From: Armatimonadota bacterium
Lineage (GTDB): Bacteria; Armatimonadota; Fimbriimonadia; Fimbriimonadales; Fimbriimonadaceae
Assembly: GCA_031400935.1 (NCBI GenBank)
Contig: JANNQV010000018.1
Span: forward strand, 62,001 to 126,000
Direction: 5' to 3'
DNA: 64,000 nucleotides
In this document: in pieces, positions 38,687 through 48,539 of the stretch
How positions within the stretch are numbered: position 1 is the first letter of the stretch
Layout of the letters: every line of letters starts with the position of its first letter
Notes under the pieces: model-generated
Seen by the model: the letters and a program-made list of their open reading frames with translations, nothing else
The model's database searches: none
Told to the model about the DNA's origin: nothing
Position numbers and translations under genes: made by a program

Positions 38687-38923
38687 ATGCTAGGAATCGG
38701 ACTCGGACTATCAGCGCTTGGCGTTGGCATTGGACTCGGACTTATTGGATACGGCGCACTTACGGGCATGGCCCGTCAGCCAGAAGCAATCGGCAAACTG
38801 CAAACAGTTATGCTTATCGCTTTTGCGTTTGTTGAGCTTGTATTCTTGCTTACGGTTTTTGTTGCGCCAGCTTCGTTCAAGGGCGACTACAACCCTGCAC
38901 CTGCAGTAAGCGCACAACCATAA
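38687..38923 (+). CDS. atpE: F0 ATP synthase subunit c
   Basis: GxGxGxG, ARQPE, catalytic Glu in FVEL; GGAGG RBS. Confidence 0.96.
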   Translation: MLGIGLGLSALGVGIGLGLIGYGALTGMARQPEAIGKLQTVMLIAFAFVELVFLLTVFVAPASFKGDYNPAPAVSAQP

Positions 38924-38937
38924 GCTGAACACGTTTT

Positions 38938-38960
38938 GGTACCGAGTTTGCCTCGGTACC
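38938..38960 (+). terminator. Stem-loop after atpE (mRNA stabiliser or partial terminator)
   Basis: GGTACCGAG-TTTGC-CTCGGTACC followed shortly by T6. Confidence 0.55.
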
Positions 38961-38982
38961 CCTGACTTTTTTGAACCGACTT

Positions 38983-39618
38983 ATGAGCGAAACAACAGCA
39001 CAAACAAAACGCAGCGGAGCGAGCATTCTGTTCATCTTCATCGGCCTTGCGCTGATGGCAGGTGGATGGTGGCTCGCGATGAATCCGCCCGAGGGCCTAA
39101 AGGGATTCTATGAATCCTTGGAGCATCAGGGTATTGCGCTTGACTTTGGAAAAACCGTCTCCGCCATTGGCGTATTCATGGTTCTATTCCAAGTCATCAA
39201 AGGCTTCTTTTTCAACCCGCTTGACGAGGCAATCCACAATCGTACAAGCGAACTGGAATCCACTTTTAGCGAGGCAGAAACTCTTCGCTCAGAAATCAAA
39301 ACGATGCGAAGCGAATACGAAGCTCGGATCGCGAAAACTGAATTGGACGCTCGCGAGCAAATTCAAGCCCAGCTAAAGGAAGCGCAAGCTTTGGCTCAAC
39401 AATTGAAAACCGAAGCTGCCGCTCAAGCTGAAGCAATGAAGCGTGCTGCATCTGAAGACATAGCGAACGAACGCGACAAGGTGATGCGAGAACTTCAGAT
39501 CAACGTCGTTAACCTTACGCTTCAAGCAACTGAAAAACTGCTTGGAGAGAGCGTGGATTCAGAGAAGAACCGAAAGCTCGTTGAAGAATTCATCACGAAA
39601 GTGGAGGCTCCGATCTAA
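38983..39618 (+). CDS. atpF: F0 ATP synthase subunit b
   Basis: TM, FFFNPL...R, coiled coil, ATEKLLG; extra N-terminal TM. Confidence 0.92.
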   Translation: MSETTAQTKRSGASILFIFIGLALMAGGWWLAMNPPEGLKGFYESLEHQGIALDFGKTVSAIGVFMVLFQVIKGFFFNPLDEAIHNRTSELESTFSEAETLRSEIKTMRSEYEARIAKTELDAREQIQAQLKEAQALAQQLKTEAAAQAEAMKRAASEDIANERDKVMRELQINVVNLTLQATEKLLGESVDSEKNRKLVEEFITKVEAPI

Positions 39619-40170
39619 ATGGAGCTTCGAGTTGCCCGCCGATATGCAAAAGCTCTCTACCGCGTCGCGGTGGAGAACAAAATGGTGGCGGCAGTCGAAG
39701 ACGACCTGAACGGCGTGAACTCGCTTTTGGAAAACGACGAGAAGTTTCGAGACCTGCTTCTGGCCCCAACCTACGGAAGGGACACAAAGGAAAAAGTACT
39801 CGAAAAGGCATTTTCAGATCGAATTACGGGCGTGACGATGCAGCTTCTTCGCATTTTGCTCGTGAAGAGACGAGAGGAAGAATTCCCTGCCATTCGTGAA
39901 GAATTCATCCGAATTCGAAGATTTGAAGGGCAAGTACTCTATGCTGAGATTGGTTCATCCGAACCATTGTCCCCAGACCACAAAACATCTCTTCTCGACA
40001 AGCTTACAAAGATAACCGGAAAAACCGTGGAACCAAATTTCGTGGTCAATCCGAACTTGATTGGCGGCGTGAAAGTGAGCTATGACAACTACGTCTTAGA
40101 TGGCTCGATTCGAGGCGGATTGAACCGGCTCCGCGATGCCCTCCGCTACGATTTATTGAAACAGAACTAA
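39619..40170 (+). CDS. atpH: F1 ATP synthase subunit delta
   Basis: VARRYAKAL, LIGG, DGSIR. Confidence 0.95.
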   Translation: MELRVARRYAKALYRVAVENKMVAAVEDDLNGVNSLLENDEKFRDLLLAPTYGRDTKEKVLEKAFSDRITGVTMQLLRILLVKRREEEFPAIREEFIRIRRFEGQVLYAEIGSSEPLSPDHKTSLLDKLTKITGKTVEPNFVVNPNLIGGVKVSYDNYVLDGSIRGGLNRLRDALRYDLLKQN

Positions 40171-40188
40171 TACGGAACTAGAAAAACT

Positions 40189-41715
40189 ATGGCGATTCGA
40201 CCCGAAGAAATTACCTCGATCATCGAGGCCGAACTACAAAAATTTGAGCGCAAACCAGGTGTTGAGCACGTCGGTACCGTGCTTCAAGTTGGCGATGGAG
40301 TAGCTCGTGTTTATGGCCTGCCAGACTGTCAAATGGGAGAACTTCTTGAGTTCCCAGGCGGAGTTATGGGCCTTGCTTTGAACCTAGAAGAAGACTCAAT
40401 CGGTGCAGTTCTATTAGGTTCGGACGTTGAGATTCAAGAGGGGAACCCGGTTAAGGAAACGGGTCGAATCATTGAAATTCCCGTCGGCGAAGGCATCCTT
40501 GGGAGAGTCGTAAACACTCTCGGCCAGCCACTTGACGGCAAGGGCCCGATCGCAGCAACGGAATTCCGAAGACTTGAAGTTATCGCTCCAGGCGTTGTAG
40601 AAAGGCAGCCAGTTACAGAGCCGCTTCAAACAGGTATCAAGGCGGTTGACGCGATGATTCCAATCGGACGCGGCCAAAGAGAACTCGTAATCGGTGACCG
40701 CCAAACCGGAAAGACAACAGTGTGCATTGACACAATTCTCAACCAGAAATACACTCACGAACCTGGTCAATCGGCGGTTTATTGCATCTATGTCGTCATC
40801 GGACAAAAGATGTCGAACGTAGCTCGAATCGTAAACACGCTTACGCAATATGGCGCGATGGAATACACAACAGTTGTTGTTGCAACAGCTTCAGATTCAA
40901 ATGCAATGCAATATCTGGCTCCGTTTGCTGGCGCTGCAATTGGCGAGTACTTCCGCGATAACGGAAAGCATGCCTTGGCAGTCTACGATGATCTTACCAA
41001 GCATGCGCAAGCCTACCGAGCGGTTTCGCTATTGCTTCGACGCCCGCCAGGACGAGAAGCTTATCCTGGAGACGTTTTCTATCTTCACAGCCGCTTGTTA
41101 GAAAGAGCCGCGAAGATGTCAGACGCTTTAGGCGGCGGTTCTTTGACCGCTCTTCCAATCATCGAAACCCAACAGGGAGACGTTTCGGCATATATTCCGA
41201 CCAACGTTATTTCGATCACGGACGGCCAAATCTACCTTGAGCCAGATTTGTTCTTTGCTGGAATTCGACCTGCAATTAACGTGGGTATCTCGGTCAGCCG
41301 TGTAGGTGGAAACGCCCAGATCAAGGCGATGAAGAAAGTTGCCGGAAAACTCAAACTCGAAATGGCGCAATACCGCGACGTGGCGGCGTTTGCACAGTTT
41401 GCAAGCGACCTCGACCGAGCTACGCAAATGCAGCTACTTCGTGGACAAAGATTGACCGAACTATTGAAACAAGATTTGGCGACTCCATACGACGTTGTGG
41501 ATCAAGTAATCGCGATCTTTGGCGGTACTGGCGGATTTCTCGATGAAGTTCCGAACGACAAAGTTGCCGAGTTTGAAAAAGCTGCAATCGCTTATGTTCA
41601 TGAGAACTATCCAGACGTTGTTGAGACGATTCGAACGACGAAGGACCTTCCTGCCGACGCGGAGCAGACATTGCAAAAAGCGTATAAAGAATTTAGCGAG
41701 AAATTTGGGAAGTAA
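40189..41715 (+). CDS. atpA: F1 ATP synthase subunit alpha
   Basis: [31 protein letters not shown]. Confidence 0.98.
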   Translation: MAIRPEEITSIIEAELQKFERKPGVEHVGTVLQVGDGVARVYGLPDCQMGELLEFPGGVMGLALNLEEDSIGAVLLGSDVEIQEGNPVKETGRIIEIPVGEGILGRVVNTLGQPLDGKGPIAATEFRRLEVIAPGVVERQPVTEPLQTGIKAVDAMIPIGRGQRELVIGDRQTGKTTVCIDTILNQKYTHEPGQSAVYCIYVVIGQKMSNVARIVNTLTQYGAMEYTTVVVATASDSNAMQYLAPFAGAAIGEYFRDNGKHALAVYDDLTKHAQAYRAVSLLLRRPPGREAYPGDVFYLHSRLLERAAKMSDALGGGSLTALPIIETQQGDVSAYIPTNVISITDGQIYLEPDLFFAGIRPAINVGISVSRVGGNAQIKAMKKVAGKLKLEMAQYRDVAAFAQFASDLDRATQMQLLRGQRLTELLKQDLATPYDVVDQVIAIFGGTGGFLDEVPNDKVAEFEKAAIAYVHENYPDVVETIRTTKDLPADAEQTLQKAYKEFSEKFGK

Positions 41716-41798
41716 GGGTATAGGGTTTAGGGTGTCAGACAAGTAGACACGCCCAACACTCTGCACCCTACGCCCAAAACACCATATCCTAAGAAACC

Positions 41799-42668
41799 AT
41801 GGCCACCCTCAAGCAACTTAGACAACGCATAAAGACAGCGAAGAACATCCAGCAGATTACGCGGGCGATGAAGCTGGTTGCCGCTGCCAGGTTCAAAAAG
41901 GCAACCGATAGGGTGCTGGAAGCACGACCATATTCTGACAAGCTCAAAGAATTTATGATGTCCTTGAGCGGTTCAGGCGATCTGCCAACTCACCCAATGA
42001 TGCAAAATCGCAGCGGCGACAACTATGCGCTGATCCTTATTAGTGCAGAACGCGGACTAGCTGGTTCGTTCAACACCAACCTGATTAGAAGGGCTGGAGA
42101 TTTTATGAAGGAGCAGTCTGGCGATGGCCAACTGATCACCGTCGGGAAGAAAGGCTACGGCTTCTTCAGCAAACGCGGCTATAAGATGACGCATCACGTT
42201 ACAGTTGCAAGCGCTGGAGCAACACTCGCCGACGCCCAAGACGTTGCTGGAGTCGCTCGTCAGCTTTTTGAATCTGGCGAGATAGACAAGCTTTACGTTT
42301 GCTATAGCAAATTCTTTTCAGCGATTCGCCAAGTTCCGACGATTGTGCAAATTCTGCCAATCGAACCACCCAAAGCTGACGAAACCAAACCTTCTGGTGA
42401 AGGTAAGTCCGACTACATTTTTGAACCCGACGCCGAAGGCGTTTTGAACCAGCTTCTGCCACGCTATTTCTTCACTCTAATCTGGCAAGCGCTCTTGGAA
42501 TCTACGGCGAGCGAATTCGGCTCCCGAATGACCGCAATGACAAGCGCGACCGACAACGCGGGCAAGATGATCCAAGAGCTTTCGCTTAAAGCGAACCGCA
42601 CACGCCAAGCTGGAATTACGACGGAGATTCTCGAAGTCGTCGGTGGCGCTGAAGCTCTGAATGGCTAA
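41799..42668 (+). CDS. atpG: F1 ATP synthase subunit gamma
   Basis: ITRAMKLVAAA, RGLAGSFN, RMTAM, RQAGITTEILE. Confidence 0.97.
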   Translation: MATLKQLRQRIKTAKNIQQITRAMKLVAAARFKKATDRVLEARPYSDKLKEFMMSLSGSGDLPTHPMMQNRSGDNYALILISAERGLAGSFNTNLIRRAGDFMKEQSGDGQLITVGKKGYGFFSKRGYKMTHHVTVASAGATLADAQDVAGVARQLFESGEIDKLYVCYSKFFSAIRQVPTIVQILPIEPPKADETKPSGEGKSDYIFEPDAEGVLNQLLPRYFFTLIWQALLESTASEFGSRMTAMTSATDNAGKMIQELSLKANRTRQAGITTEILEVVGGAEALNG

Positions 42669-42730
42669 GACTTAGCCCCCTTGCATCAGTTCTATTTCAA
42701 ACTAATAGCCTATGGTGCTACTATAGTCTT

Positions 42731-43915
42731 ATGCTGCCAATCGCAATTCTTGTGGCATCGTTAGTTCAGACTCAAGGGCTCGACCCGACAGCGGCGAACT
42801 TCGAATCGCTCCTCAAATTCATCCAGCCTGATGCAAAAGAACAAGCCTATAAAGAAATCTCGTGGAGAAACGAGTTTTGGCCCGCTGTATTAGAAGCAAA
42901 GCGATTGGGCCGCCCAATCTTCTTTTGGACGATGAACGGGCATCCGCTCGGCTGCACGTGAAACAACGGCGTCCGAGGACGCCAATTGGTCTGGTCAGAC
43001 CCTGAAATCAAGAAACTTAGCCGCGAATTTGTAACAGCTGCTGACGAAGTCTACATGCTATATCCTGAAGATCCGGGCAATCTAAATCGTGTCAAAGACC
43101 GCCCGGAACATCAGTTTTTCAAGAAATATGGTGAGGCGATGCCGCCTGGAGCCTGGCACCATCCCGGAACCAAGCAAGGCATCTACATGATCGGCCCAAA
43201 TGCGGAGTACTTAGAAGGGCGATTCGCTGCTTCGGGGGATGCTAGCGACATCCGTTCCCGAATGCAAACGGCTTTGCGAAAATGGGAAACACTTCGCAAG
43301 GAACAAGGCTACGCCAATCAGCCCGTTCCCGCAGTTACGTGGTCGCCTCCTCCAGGAATTTCTGGTGAACTGATTCTTCGTGTCAATATTCGTGATCTGC
43401 CTCGAGGGCCAGGCGATAAGAGCGGAGCGAGATTCGATGAGGTAGCAGGAAATCGTGAGGTCTTTCCCGACTATGTGAAATGGGCGTGGAACGAGAACTG
43501 GTTCGGGGCAGACCAAGCCCGCGCATTCGTCCCATCTGGAACAACTCGCGAGGAAGTCCCAACTGCCGTAGTTAGCCGCATGTGCCAAATTGTAATTGTG
43601 GACAATGTTCGGGGCCAAGCCGACAGATGGAGACCCGATGAAGTCAAAGAAGCTACGATCACTAAGCGATCTTTGGGCACTTCCGGTGGAGTTATGCAAA
43701 TTGAATATGGCGGTCGAATATCACTTGCCAGCGGTTCGCGTTCCATTGAAGGCAAACTCTTTGGTAAAGGCGAATGGGACGAGAAAAGGGGCGAGTTCAG
43801 AAGCCTGGACCTTTTGGTTGCTGCAATGAGGCGCGGAGCATCACGGTTTAACCGGCGGGAGAGCGATCCGGGTCCAGCACCGATAGGATTTTCGTTGGCA
43901 CTTCATAAACGGTAG
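42731..43915 (+). CDS. Candidate selenoprotein paralog 2, thioredoxin-like fold (about 394 aa; in-frame TGA 42959-42961 = U77)
   Basis: Track ORFs 42731-42961 and 42986-43915 are in one frame: RPIFFWTMNGHPLGCT-U-NNGVRGRQLVWSDPEIKKLSREFV. Shares QGxY and VDNVRG..D.W.P.EVK with paralog 1. Confidence 0.8.
42968..42983 (+). promoter_or_regulatory. Putative bacterial SECIS hairpin
   Basis: GGCGTC-CGAG-GACGCC perfect stem starting 6 nt after the TGA. Confidence 0.45.
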
Positions 43916-43925
43916 CATTGCTGGC

Positions 43926-44396
43926 ATGAAGTTCTTGCATTTTTGTTTTGCAGCACTTGCACTACTTCTAATCAGCTTTGGCTGCGGCGGAAATTGCAGT
44001 GACGTGCACGCTCGAGCAGTCTGTATTGAAAAACAAAGAGCACTTTATTACGGTATCGCAATTTATGCTGGAGATCATGACGGTGCCTATCCATTAACGG
44101 GTACTTGGCAAGACAGAATTCAGCTTTATGCTGGGCTACCTGACAGTGCCTTTGTGTGCCCGCAAATTGAATCAATAGGACCCAATTTTTACGGAATTGC
44201 ATTTAACACTCATTTGGCTAGAATCTATGCTTCGACCATCACTGATCCTGCGTCGTATTCTTGCTTCTTTGATACTGCAATTCTCACGAGGAACGCAGAA
44301 TCTACAGCCTCAACTTTGCCAATCCCAGTGCGGCATGGTGGAAACGTGATCTTTCGACTAGATGGAGCGGCAGTTCTGATTCCGCCACCAAATTAG
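43926..44396 (+). CDS. Lipoprotein with DUF1559/H-X9-DG-like core, tandem copy 1
   Basis: Lipobox SFGC, IYAGDHDGAYP, FVCP, RHGGNVIFRLDG. Confidence 0.7.
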   Translation: MKFLHFCFAALALLLISFGCGGNCSDVHARAVCIEKQRALYYGIAIYAGDHDGAYPLTGTWQDRIQLYAGLPDSAFVCPQIESIGPNFYGIAFNTHLARIYASTITDPASYSCFFDTAILTRNAESTASTLPIPVRHGGNVIFRLDGAAVLIPPPN

Positions 44397-44432
44397 ACTT
44401 TTGAAACCTGAAGGGAGAAATGTAATTCAGAC

Positions 44433-44909
44433 GTGAACAAAACGATTATCAACCTGTCTCTCGTAGCCATTGTTGTCTGTATTTCTATCATTGGCTGCGG
44501 AGGGAACTGCCTTCTGCCAGTTTCACGTTCCCTATGCGTTGACCGGCAACGGTCGGTTAACTCGGCAATATTGATTTACGCGGCGGATCATGATGACTTT
44601 CTTCCCTTATCAGGAAAGTGGCACGAAGGGGTCATGTGGTATGCAGGACTCTATCAAATTGCATTCGTTTGTCCCCAAATAGAGCCGATGGGTCCGAATA
44701 ATTTTGGGATCGCATTTAACACAAATCTAGCTGGACTCAGAACTGTTGACATAGCAGAGCCAGCTACATATTCTTGCAACTTCGACTCAACAATTCTCAC
44801 AAGGAACGCAGAATCAACTTCTTCGACGGTTCCATCGCCCTCGCGGCACGGCGGAAATGTGATTTTTCGGCTCGATGGTGCGGCGGTTTCGTCGCCTCCA
44901 CCGAATTAA
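44433..44909 (+). CDS. Lipoprotein with DUF1559/H-X9-DG-like core, tandem copy 2
   Basis: Lipobox IIGC, IYAADHDDFLP, FVCPQIE, RHGGNVIFRLDG; close paralog of copy 1. Confidence 0.7.
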   Translation: MNKTIINLSLVAIVVCISIIGCGGNCLLPVSRSLCVDRQRSVNSAILIYAADHDDFLPLSGKWHEGVMWYAGLYQIAFVCPQIEPMGPNNFGIAFNTNLAGLRTVDIAEPATYSCNFDSTILTRNAESTSSTVPSPSRHGGNVIFRLDGAAVSSPPPN

Positions 44910-44938
44910 CCTTTTACGAAACCCGTAGATCGGTTAGC

Positions 44939-45985
44939 TTAGTCACTAACCAAATACTCAGCAATCAGAAGCGCAGTATCATTAAGTGCATCTTTATGAG
45001 TTCTTTCATACCCGTGGCTCGTATCTACCCCCGGACCAATAAGCGCAACATTTGCGGCACCTCCAGCCTGCCAATAAACTGATCCATCAGATGAGTAGAA
45101 CGGATACACGTCGGGAATCAAATCAATTCCAGAGCGTTCTGCTATGCCTCGAAGCTTCTCTGTAAGTTCCCTACTATAGGGTCCTCCAGAGTCCTTTACG
45201 CAAATCGAACAATGATACTCATCGCCTTGCAACCCAGTCCCAAGTGCAGCCATATCGAGAACGACATACTCCGTAATATCATCGGGAATTCCGTCATGCC
45301 CGCCGTGTCCAACCTCTTCAAAGTTCGAAAATAGAAAGGTTGTTCGTTGAGCAAGTTTCACGTCGCTTTCTCGAATTGCCTTAAGCCCAGCTAACAGGCA
45401 TGCTACCGCAGCCTTATCATCTAAGAATCTGGAGCGGATAAAGCCAGATTCACTAACTTCTACGCGCGGGTCAAACATTACATAGTCGCCAACCTCAATT
45501 CCTAAAAGTTTCGTGGCTTCAGCGCTCGATGTCCGCTCATCAACCCGGACTTCCATCGTGTCTTCATCCCGCGGAGCCGATTTAGCATCCTTGTTTACAT
45601 GGGCGGCACCGTTTGCTAGAACCATGGATCCTCGAATCTGCCGCCCAGATCGTGTCTGAATCCAAACGCCCTCGCTCTCGACGGTCGGCCACATGAGCCC
45701 GTTCAAACGAGATAGTTTCAGCCTGCCGCTGGGCTTGATCTCCTTCACCATCGCGCCAAGGGTATCTACGTGCGCGGTGAGCGCTCTTGGGCGGTCATCG
45801 CGCATTCCCTCCAGCGAGCCTATCAAAGCGCCCTTGTTTGTACGAAAACAGGGGATATTCAGCCCGTCGAGCTCTTGCTCCACAAAGCTAATCGCCCACT
45901 CGGTGTACCCGGTGGGGCTAGGCGTATTGAGCAAATCCACCAATACGCGAGTGAGATAATTCAGGTCAATTTCGAATCTTGCCAC
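44939..45985 (-). CDS. M42 family metallopeptidase
   Basis: PSPTG, AHVDTLG, RFLDDK, EEVG, SHGYER. Confidence 0.92.
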   Translation of the reverse strand: MARFEIDLNYLTRVLVDLLNTPSPTGYTEWAISFVEQELDGLNIPCFRTNKGALIGSLEGMRDDRPRALTAHVDTLGAMVKEIKPSGRLKLSRLNGLMWPTVESEGVWIQTRSGRQIRGSMVLANGAAHVNKDAKSAPRDEDTMEVRVDERTSSAEATKLLGIEVGDYVMFDPRVEVSESGFIRSRFLDDKAAVACLLAGLKAIRESDVKLAQRTTFLFSNFEEVGHGGHDGIPDDITEYVVLDMAALGTGLQGDEYHCSICVKDSGGPYSRELTEKLRGIAERSGIDLIPDVYPFYSSDGSVYWQAGGAANVALIGPGVDTSHGYERTHKDALNDTALLIAEYLVSD

Positions 45986-46097
45986 AGCCTGGTAGGTTTA
46001 CCCAAGAGAAGCCAATTGTCGCATTAGTATCCATGTATTTCGTTCAAAAGCTGCTAAAAGGAAGGTGACTCGGCGTACAATAGGTCGAGGAGAAAAT

Positions 46098-47114
46098 ATG
46101 GGCCGCTTATTAGTGATATTTGTTTGTTTTGTTTGTTGTTGTCTTGGCGCTGCGTACTCCGTCATTCAAAGAAAATGGACTGTTCAAGGCCATATCGGCG
46201 ATGCCCAAGTCGTAAAATACTCGCCAAACGGACGCTATCTCGTTTCTGGAGGAACGGACAACGCCATTAGAATTTGGAACGCTGACAATGGCCGATTCAT
46301 TAGCCAAATCACCAATTTGAGCGACGTGGTGGGCGATCTTGCGTTTTCCCCTGATGGAACAATACTGGCAAGTATTTCCCATATCCCTGAAAACGGAGCA
46401 CTCGAACACCAAATTTTCATCTGGAATTTCCCGGCGCTCACACCGATCACGCAGCTTTCAGGGCACGATATGAACCCGCAGGGAATCGCCTTTTCTCCAA
46501 ACGGGCAATTCTTGGCGTCGGCGGGATCCGACAATCGACTGCTGGTTTGGAGCACGGCAACTTGGTCCCAAATAGCATGGATCGTTCCTGGTGCGACCAA
46601 TCAAAATCGGCCATTTTTCAGTTCAGACAGCACAAAAGTGGGCTCTGTTGATTTCTCGGGCGACGTTTCGCTTTACAACATCTTTTCGCAGACTTTGGTT
46701 TACAACGCCGCGCCTCCCATTAGTTCATTTCTAGGTGGAAGCGTCGTTTCGCGAAACACCGACATTGGATTCTTCCACTCGTTTCATGTTCTGGCTCGCA
46801 TGAACCTAGCTACAGGTTCGTTAATGGGGCAAGCTGCTTCTGAAATCATGCAGAGCTATGCTGGAAGTTACGCGAAGGATGGTCGGTCGTTTCTCATTGT
46901 TGGGTTGCCCTTTACATCTGACAAGCCAGAAATCGAGATTTGGAACACAAGCATGTCAAGGCTTAGTGCATACGATACGCAAGCCGGAGGCGCGATTCGT
47001 TTTCCTTTTTATGTTGATTGCCGTCCAGGAAGGTCAAACCAATATGCCGTCGCAATGAGAAATGGCGAGGTGTTTGTGGCGGAAAATCCGCATGTGAAGT
47101 TGATGGTGAGGTAG
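46098..47114 (+). CDS. Secreted WD40-repeat protein
   Basis: GH..AQVVKYSPNG...DNAIRIWN and FSPDG/FSPNG repeats; GAGGAG RBS before MGRLL. Confidence 0.82.
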   Translation: MGRLLVIFVCFVCCCLGAAYSVIQRKWTVQGHIGDAQVVKYSPNGRYLVSGGTDNAIRIWNADNGRFISQITNLSDVVGDLAFSPDGTILASISHIPENGALEHQIFIWNFPALTPITQLSGHDMNPQGIAFSPNGQFLASAGSDNRLLVWSTATWSQIAWIVPGATNQNRPFFSSDSTKVGSVDFSGDVSLYNIFSQTLVYNAAPPISSFLGGSVVSRNTDIGFFHSFHVLARMNLATGSLMGQAASEIMQSYAGSYAKDGRSFLIVGLPFTSDKPEIEIWNTSMSRLSAYDTQAGGAIRFPFYVDCRPGRSNQYAVAMRNGEVFVAENPHVKLMVR

Positions 47115-47181
47115 AGATGCGCAGGTTGTTGGTTGCCAGTTATTGGTTTAAACAAACACAATACCCTTACACCCTTCTCTG

Positions 47182-47228
47182 TTAGCTCTTATTCCGAATA
47201 TGCAACAAATCTCCATCCGAATGATTCC
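47182..47228 (-). repeat. Degenerate duplicate of the ychF 3' end
   Basis: Encodes DGDLLHIRNKS*, as does 47319-47354, with synonymous differences. Confidence 0.85.
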
Positions 47229-47318
47229 CTCCCCCCTTTTCCGCGACGAAGGAGCTTGGAAAGGGGGAGAGGGCTAGGGTGAGGGAGCCCAATCGAAGAA
47301 AAAGTCCTTTCGGAATAC

Positions 47319-48374
47319 CTAGCTCTTATTCCGAATATGAAGCAAATCCCCATCCTGAATCACGTATTCCTTACCTTCCAGAGTCATTTTCCCAGCCGAA
47401 TACGCAGCATCAAGCGAGCCGAACTGCTCGTAAACCGAATAATGCACGACTTCAGCGCGGATGAAGCCTTTGGCGATGTCATTATGGATCGTTCCAGCGG
47501 CTTTGAGCGCACTCGACCCATTTCGCAACGGCCAAGCGCGAGTTTCGTTTTCGCCCGCAGTAAAGAACGTGATGAGTCCCATCGAATCGTAAACCGACTG
47601 AATCACTTTGTTGCTGGCTGGCTCGAAAAGCCCCATGGCTTCAAGAAATTCCGGTTGATCTTCCAAAGGCAATTGTGCAACTTCTTCTTCCAAAGTTGCA
47701 CATACTGAAAACCCAGGAGTGCCTCTTTTGTTCAATGCTTCCATTCGAGTTTTAAGAACATCGCTTGGATTTGCCGCCTCATCTTCGCCCACATTGAAGC
47801 AGGTGACAACCGGCTTTGTGGTTAGGAACTGATAATTCCTGACGAACGTCTCCTCAATTTCATTAAACTCTTGCAGCCGAAGTGCTTCCCCATTTTCCAG
47901 CGACGGCTTTACTCTTTCGCAAAACATCCGCTCGTTGTATTCCGGCGATCCAGATTGCCTTGCTTGCTGTGTCTTCAAAAGCCGTTCTAGGCGCGATTCA
48001 ACGATCTGTAGATCAGTCAGCACCATTTCGATCTCGATGGCTTCCTGATCCCTTAACGGGTCAATGGAGGCATGAAACGGTGCCATCGGCGTTTCAAAGC
48101 ACCTGACGACATGGAGAAAGACTTCCATTCGCCGGGCTGAATCCAGAAATTTGGTCGAAAATGCTCTTCCCGCAGTACCCGTTGGCTCCAAATCGTCATG
48201 GAGCATGACCGTCGCCGGAGTGATCTTCTTAGGATGAACTTGGGCGACTATTGCATCGAACCTGGGGTCAGGAACCGGAACGGCAGTTATGTCGCCCTTT
48301 GCCTGCGCCCGAGACGCCGCCCTGTAGAGTGAGCTTTTGCCCGTTTGTGGGTATCCGATAAGTCCGACTTTCAT
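47319..48374 (-). CDS. ychF: YchF/OLA1-family ATPase (divergent G motifs)
   Basis: VPDPR, HVVRCF, LTTKP, ITFFTAG, AAGTIH.D..KGFIRAEV, EGKEYVIQDGD. Confidence 0.88.
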   Translation of the reverse strand: MKVGLIGYPQTGKSSLYRAASRAQAKGDITAVPVPDPRFDAIVAQVHPKKITPATVMLHDDLEPTGTAGRAFSTKFLDSARRMEVFLHVVRCFETPMAPFHASIDPLRDQEAIEIEMVLTDLQIVESRLERLLKTQQARQSGSPEYNERMFCERVKPSLENGEALRLQEFNEIEETFVRNYQFLTTKPVVTCFNVGEDEAANPSDVLKTRMEALNKRGTPGFSVCATLEEEVAQLPLEDQPEFLEAMGLFEPASNKVIQSVYDSMGLITFFTAGENETRAWPLRNGSSALKAAGTIHNDIAKGFIRAEVVHYSVYEQFGSLDAAYSAGKMTLEGKEYVIQDGDLLHIRNKS

Positions 48375-48411
48375 GGTAATTCAGGGGAATTCCTATTGTA
48401 CCGGGATGGGT

Positions 48412-48528
48412 ATGTGGCTTGGCCGTCCCGGCCAAGCGTGGCATTGGCGTCCCGCCGATGGACAGCCGACACCTTGGGACATGTGCGGGACGCACATGAT
48501 ACAGTTGGCCGGGACGGCCAAGACACAT
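48412..48528. repeat. BIME-like array of four GTCCC/GGGAC-loop REP hairpins
   Basis: Outer arms 23/24 complementary; inner units CATTGGC-GTCCC-GCCGATG and CATGTGC-GGGAC-GCACATG. Confidence 0.8.
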
Positions 48529-48539
48529 TAAAAGACACA

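Noticed and set aside
15859..43915. Genome-wide UGA reassignment as the explanation for the in-frame TGAs
   Set aside because: TGA ends normal genes here (atpB, GPx, ubiX) and no other conserved gene has an internal TGA.
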